A stretch of 64,000 nt of DNA from the NCBI GenBank assembly GCA_040385445.1, contig JAZKHI010000027.1:14549-78548 (forward strand), in the 5' to 3' direction. Origin of the DNA: Bacteroidota bacterium (GTDB lineage Bacteria; Bacteroidota; Bacteroidia; Flavobacteriales; Flavobacteriaceae). Position 1 is the stretch's first letter. Each line of letters begins with the position of its first letter. The translations under genes and the position numbers were made by a program. The notes under the pieces are model-generated. The model was not told the DNA's origin. It was given only the letters and a program-made list of their open reading frames with translations, and made no database searches. Positions 16,519 to 25,433 of the stretch are shown here, piece after piece.

Positions 16519-17580
16519 ATGGCTGGTATGACAATAGAGGAAGGAATTAATCAAGTATTTGGAGGTGGTGGACATGTTGTTATTTTAGGAGCTGGTGCAA
16601 GTATTGCTTCAACAAGAAGAAATAAAGAAGCCAATGGAAAGCAATTACCATCGATGGATAATTTTTCAGAAGTTTTAGGATTAGATGATATCATAGAACA
16701 AATCCCACAAAATCTACGATCAAAGAATTTTGAAAAACTTTATGGGAATCTTCACGCAGATAATCCAAATTCTGAATTAATAAAGAAAATTGAAAGTAGA
16801 ATATCTCAATATTTTGGCGATATGAAATTGCCAAACGAGCCAACAATATATGATTATTTAGTTTTATCTCTTCGTAGAAAAGATTTGATTGCAACTTTTA
16901 ATTGGGATCCATTTTTATATGAAGCTTGGTGTAGAAATTCAAAATTCACAAAAGATTTACCGAGGATAATTTTTCTACACGGAAACGTTGCTATTGGCTA
17001 TAACAAAGAAGATCAAAGAACTGGTCCTGCAGGAATGTATATGAGAGAAGATGGAGGATATTTTGAACCAACAAAACTTTTATATCCAGTAGAGCAGAAA
17101 AATTATAATGAAGATGAGTTTATAAGTGGAGGATGGGATGTTTTAAAAACACGCTTAAATAAAGAAAGTGGAGCTGTAAGAGCTACTATTTTTGGATATG
17201 GTGCACCCGTTTCAGATGTCGAAGCAGTATCGTTATTAAATAATGCTTGGGGAACTCCTGAAGAAAGAGTAATGGAACAATTTGAAATAATTGATATTTC
17301 ATCTGAAAAAGAATTACGACAAAGATGGGATGGATTTATTCATTCTCATCATTATGACATTACAGACAATTATTTTGGTTCATCTTTGGCTTATAATCCA
17401 AGAAGAACAAGTGAAAGTTATTTTAGTCATTATCAACCTCTGAGCCCAAAGGAAGCATTTAGAGCATCTAACCCAATACCACAAAATTTTAAAACTCTTG
17501 AAGATTTATGGGAATGGCATAGACCATTAATCGAAGCTGAATTAAGACAAGAAATTGAAAATAAAAAGGTAGAAAAATAA
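16519..17580 (+). CDS. SIR2-like domain protein (putative NADase effector)
   Basis: VILGAGAS, LPSM, ATFNWD, FLHG, IFGYG...D motifs. Confidence 0.8.
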   Translation: MAGMTIEEGINQVFGGGGHVVILGAGASIASTRRNKEANGKQLPSMDNFSEVLGLDDIIEQIPQNLRSKNFEKLYGNLHADNPNSELIKKIESRISQYFGDMKLPNEPTIYDYLVLSLRRKDLIATFNWDPFLYEAWCRNSKFTKDLPRIIFLHGNVAIGYNKEDQRTGPAGMYMREDGGYFEPTKLLYPVEQKNYNEDEFISGGWDVLKTRLNKESGAVRATIFGYGAPVSDVEAVSLLNNAWGTPEERVMEQFEIIDISSEKELRQRWDGFIHSHHYDITDNYFGSSLAYNPRRTSESYFSHYQPLSPKEAFRASNPIPQNFKTLEDLWEWHRPLIEAELRQEIENKKVEK

Positions 17581-17616
17581 TATATCATTAAAGCAATCTT
17601 GTTTTAATGATATATT
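17581..17616. terminator. Probable bidirectional terminator between convergent SIR2 and CBASS units
   Basis: atatcattaaagcaa-tc-ttgttttaatgatat hairpin. Confidence 0.65.
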
Positions 17617-17622
17617 ATTTTA

Positions 17623-18276
17623 TTAGGAATACTTTGAAATTTTGTTTAAAAAGTAAATCAATTGTTCGGAATTTAATTTTTCAATATTAGATAATTTATC
17701 TCTGTGGCATTTTCTAAATTTTTCTTTACTACCACAGTAGCATTTTGCTGTCCTATCAAGTTTTTTATTTTGTAAAATGAATAAAATTGAATTTTCAATT
17801 ATTTTGAAATTGTTTGTTTTTAACTCATCAAAGAAGAAAGAAATCCATCCCATTTCTCCGTGAGGTCTTTCTTTTAAGAAAAAACCATTTTTATTTCTAA
17901 AGACTTGAGCATAGAAATAAGGGACAATTTTATCTTCAAAAAAAGTTATTAAATTATAATTTTGATTACAGTATATTAATTCTTCGGGAAATGAACTTAA
18001 ACAGCAATTACCTACTGATTCAAAGATGTGCCAATCAACATTTTTAGGTATTTTATTACTTAATTCAAATACATGTGGAAATCGATTAGGAAATTCTTCT
18101 GTGTATTCAATTTTTATTTTATATTCTTCAATTATCTCTCCAATTTCATTATTTAAATAAATATCACCCATGAGGTAAGGTTTGTCCTCATGGATAATAT
18201 TAAAATTTGGATATTTAGTAATAAAGGCTTCAGATTGTTCGATAAATTGAAGCTTATTATCCGTTAATTTCCCCAT
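17623..18276 (-). CDS. CBASS-associated stand-alone prokaryotic E2-like protein with C-terminal SEC-C zinc motif
   Basis: IKIEYTEEFPNRFPHVFE, WHIFESVGNCCL (E2-like His/Cys), CYCGSKEKFRKCH. Confidence 0.75.
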   Translation of the reverse strand: MGKLTDNKLQFIEQSEAFITKYPNFNIIHEDKPYLMGDIYLNNEIGEIIEEYKIKIEYTEEFPNRFPHVFELSNKIPKNVDWHIFESVGNCCLSSFPEELIYCNQNYNLITFFEDKIVPYFYAQVFRNKNGFFLKERPHGEMGWISFFFDELKTNNFKIIENSILFILQNKKLDRTAKCYCGSKEKFRKCHRDKLSNIEKLNSEQLIYFLNKISKYS

Positions 18277-19205
18277 GGATTTGATTTTTTAGCTTCTTCA
18301 ATAACTTTAGTACCCCCTAAGAATTCTTCATCTTTATTTTCACCATCAGGAAATCTAGTTCCTAAATGTTTTTGCCACAATCTACTTGATTTTAATTGAT
18401 TCTTTTCTTTCAAAGCACTATCACTATCATCAATAAAATCTTTTAGATTATTAAGAAAGTTGTCAGTTCTCGTTTTATCGTAATCAACGAATAAATCATC
18501 TTTTGGAGTAACTGGTACAACGCATTCAAATTTATTATCTAAAGTTTTTTTAATTTCTTTTAAAATGTCATGAAGTAGAATATCATTTCTATCATTCAAA
18601 CTTATTTTTTTTGAAGCATTTATTGCTAATATTGTCATTGATAAACCAGTTGGCATTTTATTTCTTTTATGATCGCACCAGGTTTTTAAATATTTAATAA
18701 TCTTAATAATTTTGCCTGCAGAGTCTTTATTGTTATTGAACCAATCGATTAAAGCTTTAGGGTCACTATCTTCAAATCCATTGTCTTTAACGGCTAATTT
18801 ATATTCTTTTCCATCAACTTTGTAATATACAGGAATATCTATTTCATAATCGTTTGAAAATACATTTCTTATGCATTTTTTTCTATGCTCCGGAGAGATT
18901 GAAGTGTAACCATTAACAGCATTCCAAACCCAATTTTGTAATGTAGTAGCAGTGACATCTGGTTCTTTGAAAAAATATACACCATCATCTAAATCACATA
19001 TATCATCTTTTGTTCTAATACCTGTTTTCATTTTGTAAGAACCTTGGATATAAAACTTTGGATCATAACTTGGATGGTTTTTTTTAAAATAATTTCTAAT
19101 TCTTTCTCTTAAACCATCTTTAGATGTGGTCATTTTATCTTTTTTGTTACTCGTAAGAGAAATATTTGAATTAAAGCTTTCAAATAAGTTGTTGCAATTT
19201 GCCAT
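18264..19205 (-). CDS. cGAS/DncV-like nucleotidyltransferase (CD-NTase)
   Basis: QGSYKMKT, DLDDGVY, IDIPVY, SDPK, IKYLKTW, WQKHLGTRFP. Confidence 0.9.
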   Translation of the reverse strand: MANCNNLFESFNSNISLTSNKKDKMTTSKDGLRERIRNYFKKNHPSYDPKFYIQGSYKMKTGIRTKDDICDLDDGVYFFKEPDVTATTLQNWVWNAVNGYTSISPEHRKKCIRNVFSNDYEIDIPVYYKVDGKEYKLAVKDNGFEDSDPKALIDWFNNNKDSAGKIIKIIKYLKTWCDHKRNKMPTGLSMTILAINASKKISLNDRNDILLHDILKEIKKTLDNKFECVVPVTPKDDLFVDYDKTRTDNFLNNLKDFIDDSDSALKEKNQLKSSRLWQKHLGTRFPDGENKDEEFLGGTKVIEEAKKSNPWGN

Positions 19206-19249
19206 AATTTTTTTTTTTTTTATAAGTTGATTTTAATTGTGTTTTTTTG

Positions 19250-20242
19250 TTAATTATTAAACATATCTAGAATAGATTTATTTGTTGCATAATTATACCC
19301 AACATTATCACCAAGTGATTTTAAAGTTTTTAATGCGATTTTATCTGCTTTATCCATTTCAATTGTTTCAATTTGTTTTTTTGATAATTCTGGAGAGTTT
19401 ATCCTTATATAATTCCCTTTTGGAGTAATTTTATTTACCATGTTTTTTAAAAAATGATCAGTGAAAAAAGATTGTCCATCTAATGTTGTGTCAAAGATTC
19501 TATGCTTCCAGTTAGAAAACGATTTTGATTTATTACTCGTATATGTCCAACCTGATGGAATAGAAATACTTGAAATAGAAAGTATTTCATATGTCTCATA
19601 TTCTTTACCTTCTCCTACATAGTGTTCTAAAGCTTCAAATAGACCACATAAAGCTGGATTGTTTGCCCAAACTCCACCATCTACATATAAATCTTCATCG
19701 ATTGAATGAACAGGAAAATAAGTAGGTGCTGCTGATGTGGATAAAGCAACATCTACAATTTTTAAGTTTCCATCTCTAAAAAATGGGGTTGTATTACTAC
19801 TGTTTTTAAATACTCTTGGTTTTCCAGTTGATAAATTAAAACTTGGAATACATAATAAAGTTTTTAAATCACTAAGTTTACTATCGCCAAATACTTCAAT
19901 TAAAGCTTTTTCCAGTTCTTTATTAGAAAATTTGCTCCTAATTAGAAGTTGTTTTATAAAAAGTAATTTTCTATTCAATTTTTCTATAAGACGATATTTA
20001 AAAGTTGAAAAAATTTTTGGACCTTTATTGATATAAAAATTAACTAATTCATCTGCAGTAAGCCCTTTAGCTAGACCTAAAGCAATTATACCACCTGTGG
20101 AAGTTCCACAAATCATTTGGAAATTATCTGATATTTTTTTACCAGTTTTCTCTTCAATCTTAGATAGCACTGATGCGCTATAAAGACCTTTTATACCGCC
20201 ACCGTCTATTGATAGTATTTTAAAGACTTTATTTTGATTCAT
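19250..20242 (-). CDS. capV: Patatin-like phospholipase, CapV-type CBASS effector
   Basis: LSIDGGGIKG, GTSTG, SAAPTYFP, DGGVWANNP; directly upstream of the CD-NTase. Confidence 0.85.
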   Translation of the reverse strand: MNQNKVFKILSIDGGGIKGLYSASVLSKIEEKTGKKISDNFQMICGTSTGGIIALGLAKGLTADELVNFYINKGPKIFSTFKYRLIEKLNRKLLFIKQLLIRSKFSNKELEKALIEVFGDSKLSDLKTLLCIPSFNLSTGKPRVFKNSSNTTPFFRDGNLKIVDVALSTSAAPTYFPVHSIDEDLYVDGGVWANNPALCGLFEALEHYVGEGKEYETYEILSISSISIPSGWTYTSNKSKSFSNWKHRIFDTTLDGQSFFTDHFLKNMVNKITPKGNYIRINSPELSKKQIETIEMDKADKIALKTLKSLGDNVGYNYATNKSILDMFNN

Positions 20243-20663
20243 TAGTACTTAAGATTAGTGATATTGAGAATATAGCTGTTAAAATAATGAATGCATTGTT
20301 AACTTGATTACTAAATCTTTTGCCATGTAAAATTTCATTTGTAAATGATTCACAATTAAAATTCCACAAATCATAGTTTGTGCCTAGCTTAGAGATTGCT
20401 TTTTCAACTACTACTTTTCTTTCAAAATCTGTACCTACGAATCTTTCGATTTTACTAACTTCAAAATTTTTAATGAAAAAATCTTTAACTCTAGTTAAAA
20501 TAACTCCTTTTCCAATTACATTTTCACAAATGAAATGTTCACCTTTTGTATTTGCTCCCAAATACAAGGCATGATGTTTGATAATTCTAAGATAACTTTT
20601 TGGTGTTATTATTCTATCACCTTGTGATAAAAATAACTTTTTTACAATTTCTGTTTCTGTCAT
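20229..20663 (-). CDS. LRAT/HRASLS-like (permuted NlpC/P60) acyltransferase/phospholipase with C-terminal TM helix
   Basis: GDRI, HHALYLG, YDLWNFNCESF; hydrophobic C-terminus; overlaps the patatin start by 14 bp. Confidence 0.75.
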   Translation of the reverse strand: MTETEIVKKLFLSQGDRIITPKSYLRIIKHHALYLGANTKGEHFICENVIGKGVILTRVKDFFIKNFEVSKIERFVGTDFERKVVVEKAISKLGTNYDLWNFNCESFTNEILHGKRFSNQVNNAFIILTAIFSISLILSTNESK

Positions 20664-20678
20664 ATGTTTTATTTTTTA

Positions 20679-20686
20679 CAAATGTA
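20679..20686 (-). promoter_or_regulatory. Putative -7 box of the CBASS operon promoter
   Basis: TACATTTG on the minus strand, 15 nt upstream of the ATG at 20663. Confidence 0.55.
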
Positions 20687-20826
20687 TTAAAAAAATAAAT
20701 GTCATTTTAAAAATACGTCCAATTTAATTGTACTTTTTAATAAAAGTTATTAACATTATGTTGGTTGTAATTGTTATTAAGATAAACTATTTTGTTAAAA
20801 AGTCTTTTTTATTTAAAAAATATACT

Positions 20827-20834
20827 TACTTTTG
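20827..20834 (+). promoter_or_regulatory. Putative -7 box for the HTH-peptidase-TnsE-like operon
   Basis: TACTTTTG matches TAnnTTTG, divergent from the CBASS promoter. Confidence 0.5.
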
Positions 20835-20900
20835 CAGGTATATTGTTGTTTTAATAAACATACTTATTTTTGATATTAATTGATTTAAATTATTTTAACT

Positions 20901-21251
20901 ATGAATACTTTCAACACAGTTTTATCATCAATGATAGGTCAGAAAATTAAAGTTAGGAGGGAGATGGTTGGTATTAATCAATCCGAGTTAGCTGATAGTA
21001 TTAATATTGGAAGGAGTTCAATTTCTAATATTGAGAAAGGAAGACAATTGCCTCCATTATCTTTAATGTATCATATTTGTAATCAATTGGAAATTGATGT
21101 TCAAAGTATAATGCCTACATATTCTGAGATAGAAGAAAAGTTAAATGAATTAAATAATTCTTTTGAATTTCATTTTGAAAATGAGATAAAAGATAAAGGT
21201 TATTCAGATTCAACTATTTCTATTATAAATGACATTTTTAAAAGTATTTAG
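20901..21251 (+). CDS. XRE-family HTH regulator (CapH-like by context)
   Basis: IGQKIKVRRE..GINQSELA..GRSSISNIEKG; divergent from CBASS. Confidence 0.85.
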   Translation: MNTFNTVLSSMIGQKIKVRREMVGINQSELADSINIGRSSISNIEKGRQLPPLSLMYHICNQLEIDVQSIMPTYSEIEEKLNELNNSFEFHFENEIKDKGYSDSTISIINDIFKSI

Positions 21252-21253
21252 CT

Positions 21254-21787
21254 ATGATTTTGAAATATATAGAAGATAAAGCAGAAGAAATTTTGACAAA
21301 TAATAATTTTTTATTTGCTGGATTTGATATCGAAAAATTAGTTGAATCTATGGGTGTAAAATTGATAGATAAAGAATTTGATGATGATATTTCGGGTTTA
21401 TTCTTTATAAAAGAAGGTATTCCAGTTATTACATATAATAGTAAAGAGAGTAAAAAAAGAATAAGATTTACTATTGCTCACGAACTTGGGCATTATGTTT
21501 TACATTCTATTGACCAAAAAATATTTTTAGATAGAAAACCTCAAAAAGTTCTTTATAGAAATTCCGTATCTTCATCTGGTGAATCTTTAAAAGAACGTGA
21601 AGCTAATTCTTTTGCTGCAGCTTTATTAATGCCAAAGTCATTAATTGATGAAAAAATTTTAAGAGCAGAAATTGATGAGCTTGGAGATTTAGACGTTTTT
21701 ATAGAAAATATGGCTTCAGTATTTAAGGTTAGTACTCAAGCAATGACTTTTAGACTTTCAAATTTAGGTTACGATATTCTTTTTTAA
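21254..21787 (+). CDS. ImmA/IrrE-family metallopeptidase (CapP-like by context)
   Basis: RFTIAHELGH (HExxH), EREANSFAAALLMP, FKVS..AM.FRL. Confidence 0.9.
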   Translation: MILKYIEDKAEEILTNNNFLFAGFDIEKLVESMGVKLIDKEFDDDISGLFFIKEGIPVITYNSKESKKRIRFTIAHELGHYVLHSIDQKIFLDRKPQKVLYRNSVSSSGESLKEREANSFAAALLMPKSLIDEKILRAEIDELGDLDVFIENMASVFKVSTQAMTFRLSNLGYDILF

Positions 21788-21804
21788 TTGAATTTTTAAC
21801 TTTT

Positions 21805-23529
21805 ATGGGGCATAACAGAAAATTATCATTTACACATTTCAAAGATAAAAGTATTGATGATAAATATATTCTCTGGTCTTATGGAGATTTCATAATAAAA
21901 AAAAATAATCCAGTTTTATATATAGAATGCTTTATTGTAAAAAACAATCAAAAGCATAGCAGCTGTAGTGTTAAAGGTTATTATTATGATAATGTTGAAA
22001 CAATAATAATTGAATTTACAAAATCATTATTGTTTCCTTCCGGAACTTACTTAGATTCAACAGGAAGGGTTTTAAATTATCCCGTAAGAAATTTTATTGG
22101 AAGGAGTTTAAATGGAAAATATAAAATTGAAAATTTATATTTTAATGCCTCTAATCCTTCTTATTTTAAGTCATCAAATTTAATTGAAAAAATTTCTGGT
22201 GGAAATTTACCGGATATAGATTTGCATTTAGATGGACGAAAATTATTAAGTTCATATTATAGTTATTTTAATTCAAAATCCAATACTGAATATATTATTC
22301 AATCTGATGTGATATTTCGTTATTTTTTCGGCTTTTCAACTTTAGTTTATGATATTGTTATAAATAATAAAATACGTTATTTCTTAAAACATAAGACAAT
22401 TATAGTAAATAACGTAAAAACTGAATTTGTTTTTTATGATAGTGATTTAATTTCTCCAGAGGAAGTTAGATTCTTGGCTAAGTATCTTTTTATTAAGGAT
22501 AATTTTGCTTTGAAAACAATCCAAAATACTTATAATGAAATTTATAAGGAAAGATTAAAAGATAATTCAAAAGAGGCTTTCGCTTCGTTTAGTTTTAAAT
22601 TTCCAATTTCTTTACAATTTTCATTGAATGTTATTGGTCAATATATTTCTGTTTATGGAGATATTAAAAAAAAGTTTGTAGTTACAGAAATAATTTCAAT
22701 TAATCCATCAAATCCTAACGAATTTATTTTTTCAACACAGAAAATAGTTTTAAAAGATATTAAAGATAAAAATGTAAAAGATAACGAAGAAGACGAGGAA
22801 GAAAAAATAAAAAGTGTAACTGATTTTGAAAACAAAGTAGATAAAATCTTTAATGGTAATAACCCTGGACCTGAAACTAATACTAAAATAACAAGTTCGA
22901 TTATAAATGAAGAAAATTATCAAAGAGAAGAAACTCCATTCTTTGAGCAAAATTTATTTTTAGAAACTCCTTTGTTTGAAGATACAGAGATAATTAATTT
23001 AGGTGAAACAGAAGTAAATAATATATTTAATCGACCTCCTTCACCTGAAAACGTTAAAAATAATACTACATTAAAAAATTATAGGTATTATAAGATTGAT
23101 TGGTTTTACGTTATTGAACAAGTTGTCGAATTATTAAAACAAGATTTAAAGTTTAATGTAGAAATGAGTAAATCAACTTTTATGAAAATTGATTACTACG
23201 CTATTGATATTATGATAGAAAATAAATATTATAAGTTATTAGAGTTTGGTAATGGATATTATACACCAATTTTTAGAAAAAAAGCATTTGAAGAAATAAA
23301 AATAGAAACTTTAAATAAAATTTTGAATGTTGCTAGTAAAATCCATTTTTCTTGGCCAGAAATTTATAACTCAAATGAAATGAAGGATTTTGATATAGTT
23401 TTTTTAACATCAAATAAACACAGCGTCTATGAGATTGAAAATAGACAATTGCCCGATATCGATAAAATTATTTTTGAAACTTATGATAAGACTAAAACAA
23501 AAATATTAAAGGATTTAATTAATCAATAA
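21805..23529 (+). CDS. Putative TnsE-like target selector
   Basis: 574 aa; IQSDVIFRYFF motif, acidic linker, C-terminal YAIDI...YKLLE...FSWP...H pattern reminiscent of TnsE; convergent with tniQ inside the element. Confidence 0.55.
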   Translation: MGHNRKLSFTHFKDKSIDDKYILWSYGDFIIKKNNPVLYIECFIVKNNQKHSSCSVKGYYYDNVETIIIEFTKSLLFPSGTYLDSTGRVLNYPVRNFIGRSLNGKYKIENLYFNASNPSYFKSSNLIEKISGGNLPDIDLHLDGRKLLSSYYSYFNSKSNTEYIIQSDVIFRYFFGFSTLVYDIVINNKIRYFLKHKTIIVNNVKTEFVFYDSDLISPEEVRFLAKYLFIKDNFALKTIQNTYNEIYKERLKDNSKEAFASFSFKFPISLQFSLNVIGQYISVYGDIKKKFVVTEIISINPSNPNEFIFSTQKIVLKDIKDKNVKDNEEDEEEKIKSVTDFENKVDKIFNGNNPGPETNTKITSSIINEENYQREETPFFEQNLFLETPLFEDTEIINLGETEVNNIFNRPPSPENVKNNTTLKNYRYYKIDWFYVIEQVVELLKQDLKFNVEMSKSTFMKIDYYAIDIMIENKYYKLLEFGNGYYTPIFRKKAFEEIKIETLNKILNVASKIHFSWPEIYNSNEMKDFDIVFLTSNKHSVYEIENRQLPDIDKIIFETYDKTKTKILKDLINQ

Positions 23530-23562
23530 AATTATTTCTTTTTTATACTATTTCATGGATTT

Positions 23563-24537
23563 TTATTTATTAATTATTTTAGATTCAAGAAAATATGGTA
23601 ATTCATAAAAATCAGATCTATTTATTTTCGCAATTCTAAATATATATTCCAAATCGTTTGAATTACTTTCAATTAATTCGTAAACCAAGGGTAAAATTTT
23701 TTTTCTTTCATTTATATTTAATAGCCAAAAAGGTTTATTAGATTTTGAAATTGAACACGGATACATTTCTTTTATAATATCAAAAAGTTTGTTTTTTGGG
23801 TTATCTCTAATTATATAATATGATAACATTATTAAACCTTTAATATATAAAAATGAATATTGTGAATGATGGTTATATCCATTTGATATGGTTTCGTTTA
23901 TAAAGTTTTGATAATTTAATTCACTTTTTTTAGGTTGTTCTACTTCTTCGTAAGTAGATAAGTCAAAACCACATTCACAAATATTTAATGGATTGCAATT
24001 AGAAGTTGAGTTATTAATATTATTAATGTTATTTCTATGATAGGAGATAGGTTTTTTGCAAAAAGGACATTCATCAATTAAGTAGGAATTACATTCAGAA
24101 CAAATTATTGATGTACTAAATCGCCATCTTTTTTTAAAATAGGCAATTGGTTTGTTTAGACATTTTGGACAAAATAATATTCCATTCAGTTTTCTTTTTC
24201 TATGTTTAATACCTAAAATTAAAATATTCATTGTAATCCCATTTCCATTAGCTTTATCAAAAGCAAAAGATTCAACTGATGGTAGAAAAAGATTTTTTAT
24301 TTGGTCATAGTTCATTGGTGTATGATTATATATTATATTGATATATTTTTCAGGCATAAGCATATCAATATCTCTATTCCAAAGGGGAAGCATTCTACCA
24401 AAATAATTAGTTAAAAAAGATTCGCTTCTAATCAAATGATTATTTGATAATCTACAAAACCATGAGCTAAAAAGTTCATCATTTTCTGGCGGGATGTATA
24501 AAGGCCAAATGTTTTTATCATTATTAATAATAACCAT
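23563..24537 (-). CDS. tniQ: TniQ family protein (short, 324 aa)
   Basis: P..DELFSSWFCRL N-terminus, FCPKC, W...CSEC, CPFC and CECG zinc motifs; directly after tnsC. Confidence 0.9.
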   Translation of the reverse strand: MVIINNDKNIWPLYIPPENDELFSSWFCRLSNNHLIRSESFLTNYFGRMLPLWNRDIDMLMPEKYINIIYNHTPMNYDQIKNLFLPSVESFAFDKANGNGITMNILILGIKHRKRKLNGILFCPKCLNKPIAYFKKRWRFSTSIICSECNSYLIDECPFCKKPISYHRNNINNINNSTSNCNPLNICECGFDLSTYEEVEQPKKSELNYQNFINETISNGYNHHSQYSFLYIKGLIMLSYYIIRDNPKNKLFDIIKEMYPCSISKSNKPFWLLNINERKKILPLVYELIESNSNDLEYIFRIAKINRSDFYELPYFLESKIINK

Positions 24538-25433
24538 TAAAATGAGATTTTTTTTCTTTTATCAGGTGATTTATAATCTATTGAATCTAATATTTTAGGT
24601 GTGATTTTTTCAATTTTTGATTCAATAGCTAGTATTGTACTTAATTCTAGAATTTTTGAAATCTCTCCAATCAATCCATTACTCATTGAAAGAATTTTCA
24701 AGCTAATACTATTTTCAATAAGATGTGATTGCTGTTTTAATGGAAGTATTTTTTCAAAACTAGCTAATAATCTTTTGAATTCAACATCATTCGACCAACG
24801 AGGTAAAGTTTTTGGTTCAAATCTATTTGATAATTGAGGATCAGTTTGAAGAGCATTAAAAGCCTCTCTAGTTCCTGAACAGACAATAGGGATTTCTAGT
24901 TCATTTGATAGATATTTTATTACATTTAAAAATAATCTTTGTTTTGTTGATGCGCCTGCTAAAACATGTTGAATTTCATCAATAATTAATATTTTAGTTT
25001 TTAATTCTCTAAGTAAATGAATAACACGATTTTGTCTTTGCTCTATTTTTTCAGTTGTTTTATAAGGTGCAAATAATTTTTCTAAAATTGCATTATAAAA
25101 TCTTTTTTCATCTGGTTCTGGTGGAGCTTGGATATAAAGTACTGGATTAATAACTTTATTTTCTTTTTCACAAATGTATGGTTCGTATTTTTTAATAAAT
25201 CTTTTTAAAATTATAGTTTTACCATTGTTTGAATCTCCAACAATAAGTAAATTTGGCATCCTTGATTGTTTAGGGTAATCATATAAATAATCTATTTTTT
25301 TTATTATTTTTATTGCATTTGAATACCCAATCCACTTGTGTTGTTTTGTGAACTGAATTCTTTCATTATCGCTTGATTTTTCAACAAATAATTTTGTATT
25401 TTCACTCAAATGTTCCATCATCAATATCTTCAA
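24537..25433 (-). CDS. tnsC: TnsC/TniB AAA+ ATPase
   Basis: Walker A GDSNNGKT, Walker B LIIDEIQH, DPQLSNRF. Confidence 0.92.
   Translation of the reverse strand: MKILMMEHLSENTKLFVEKSSDNERIQFTKQHKWIGYSNAIKIIKKIDYLYDYPKQSRMPNLLIVGDSNNGKTIILKRFIKKYEPYICEKENKVINPVLYIQAPPEPDEKRFYNAILEKLFAPYKTTEKIEQRQNRVIHLLRELKTKILIIDEIQHVLAGASTKQRLFLNVIKYLSNELEIPIVCSGTREAFNALQTDPQLSNRFEPKTLPRWSNDVEFKRLLASFEKILPLKQQSHLIENSISLKILSMSNGLIGEISKILELSTILAIESKIEKITPKILDSIDYKSPDKRKKISF

Noticed and set aside
21805-23529. 574-aa ORF as TnsF or an integron integrase
   Set aside because: No recognisable tyrosine-recombinase R...HxxR...Y pattern; the motif layout fits TnsE better, though this is unconfirmed.
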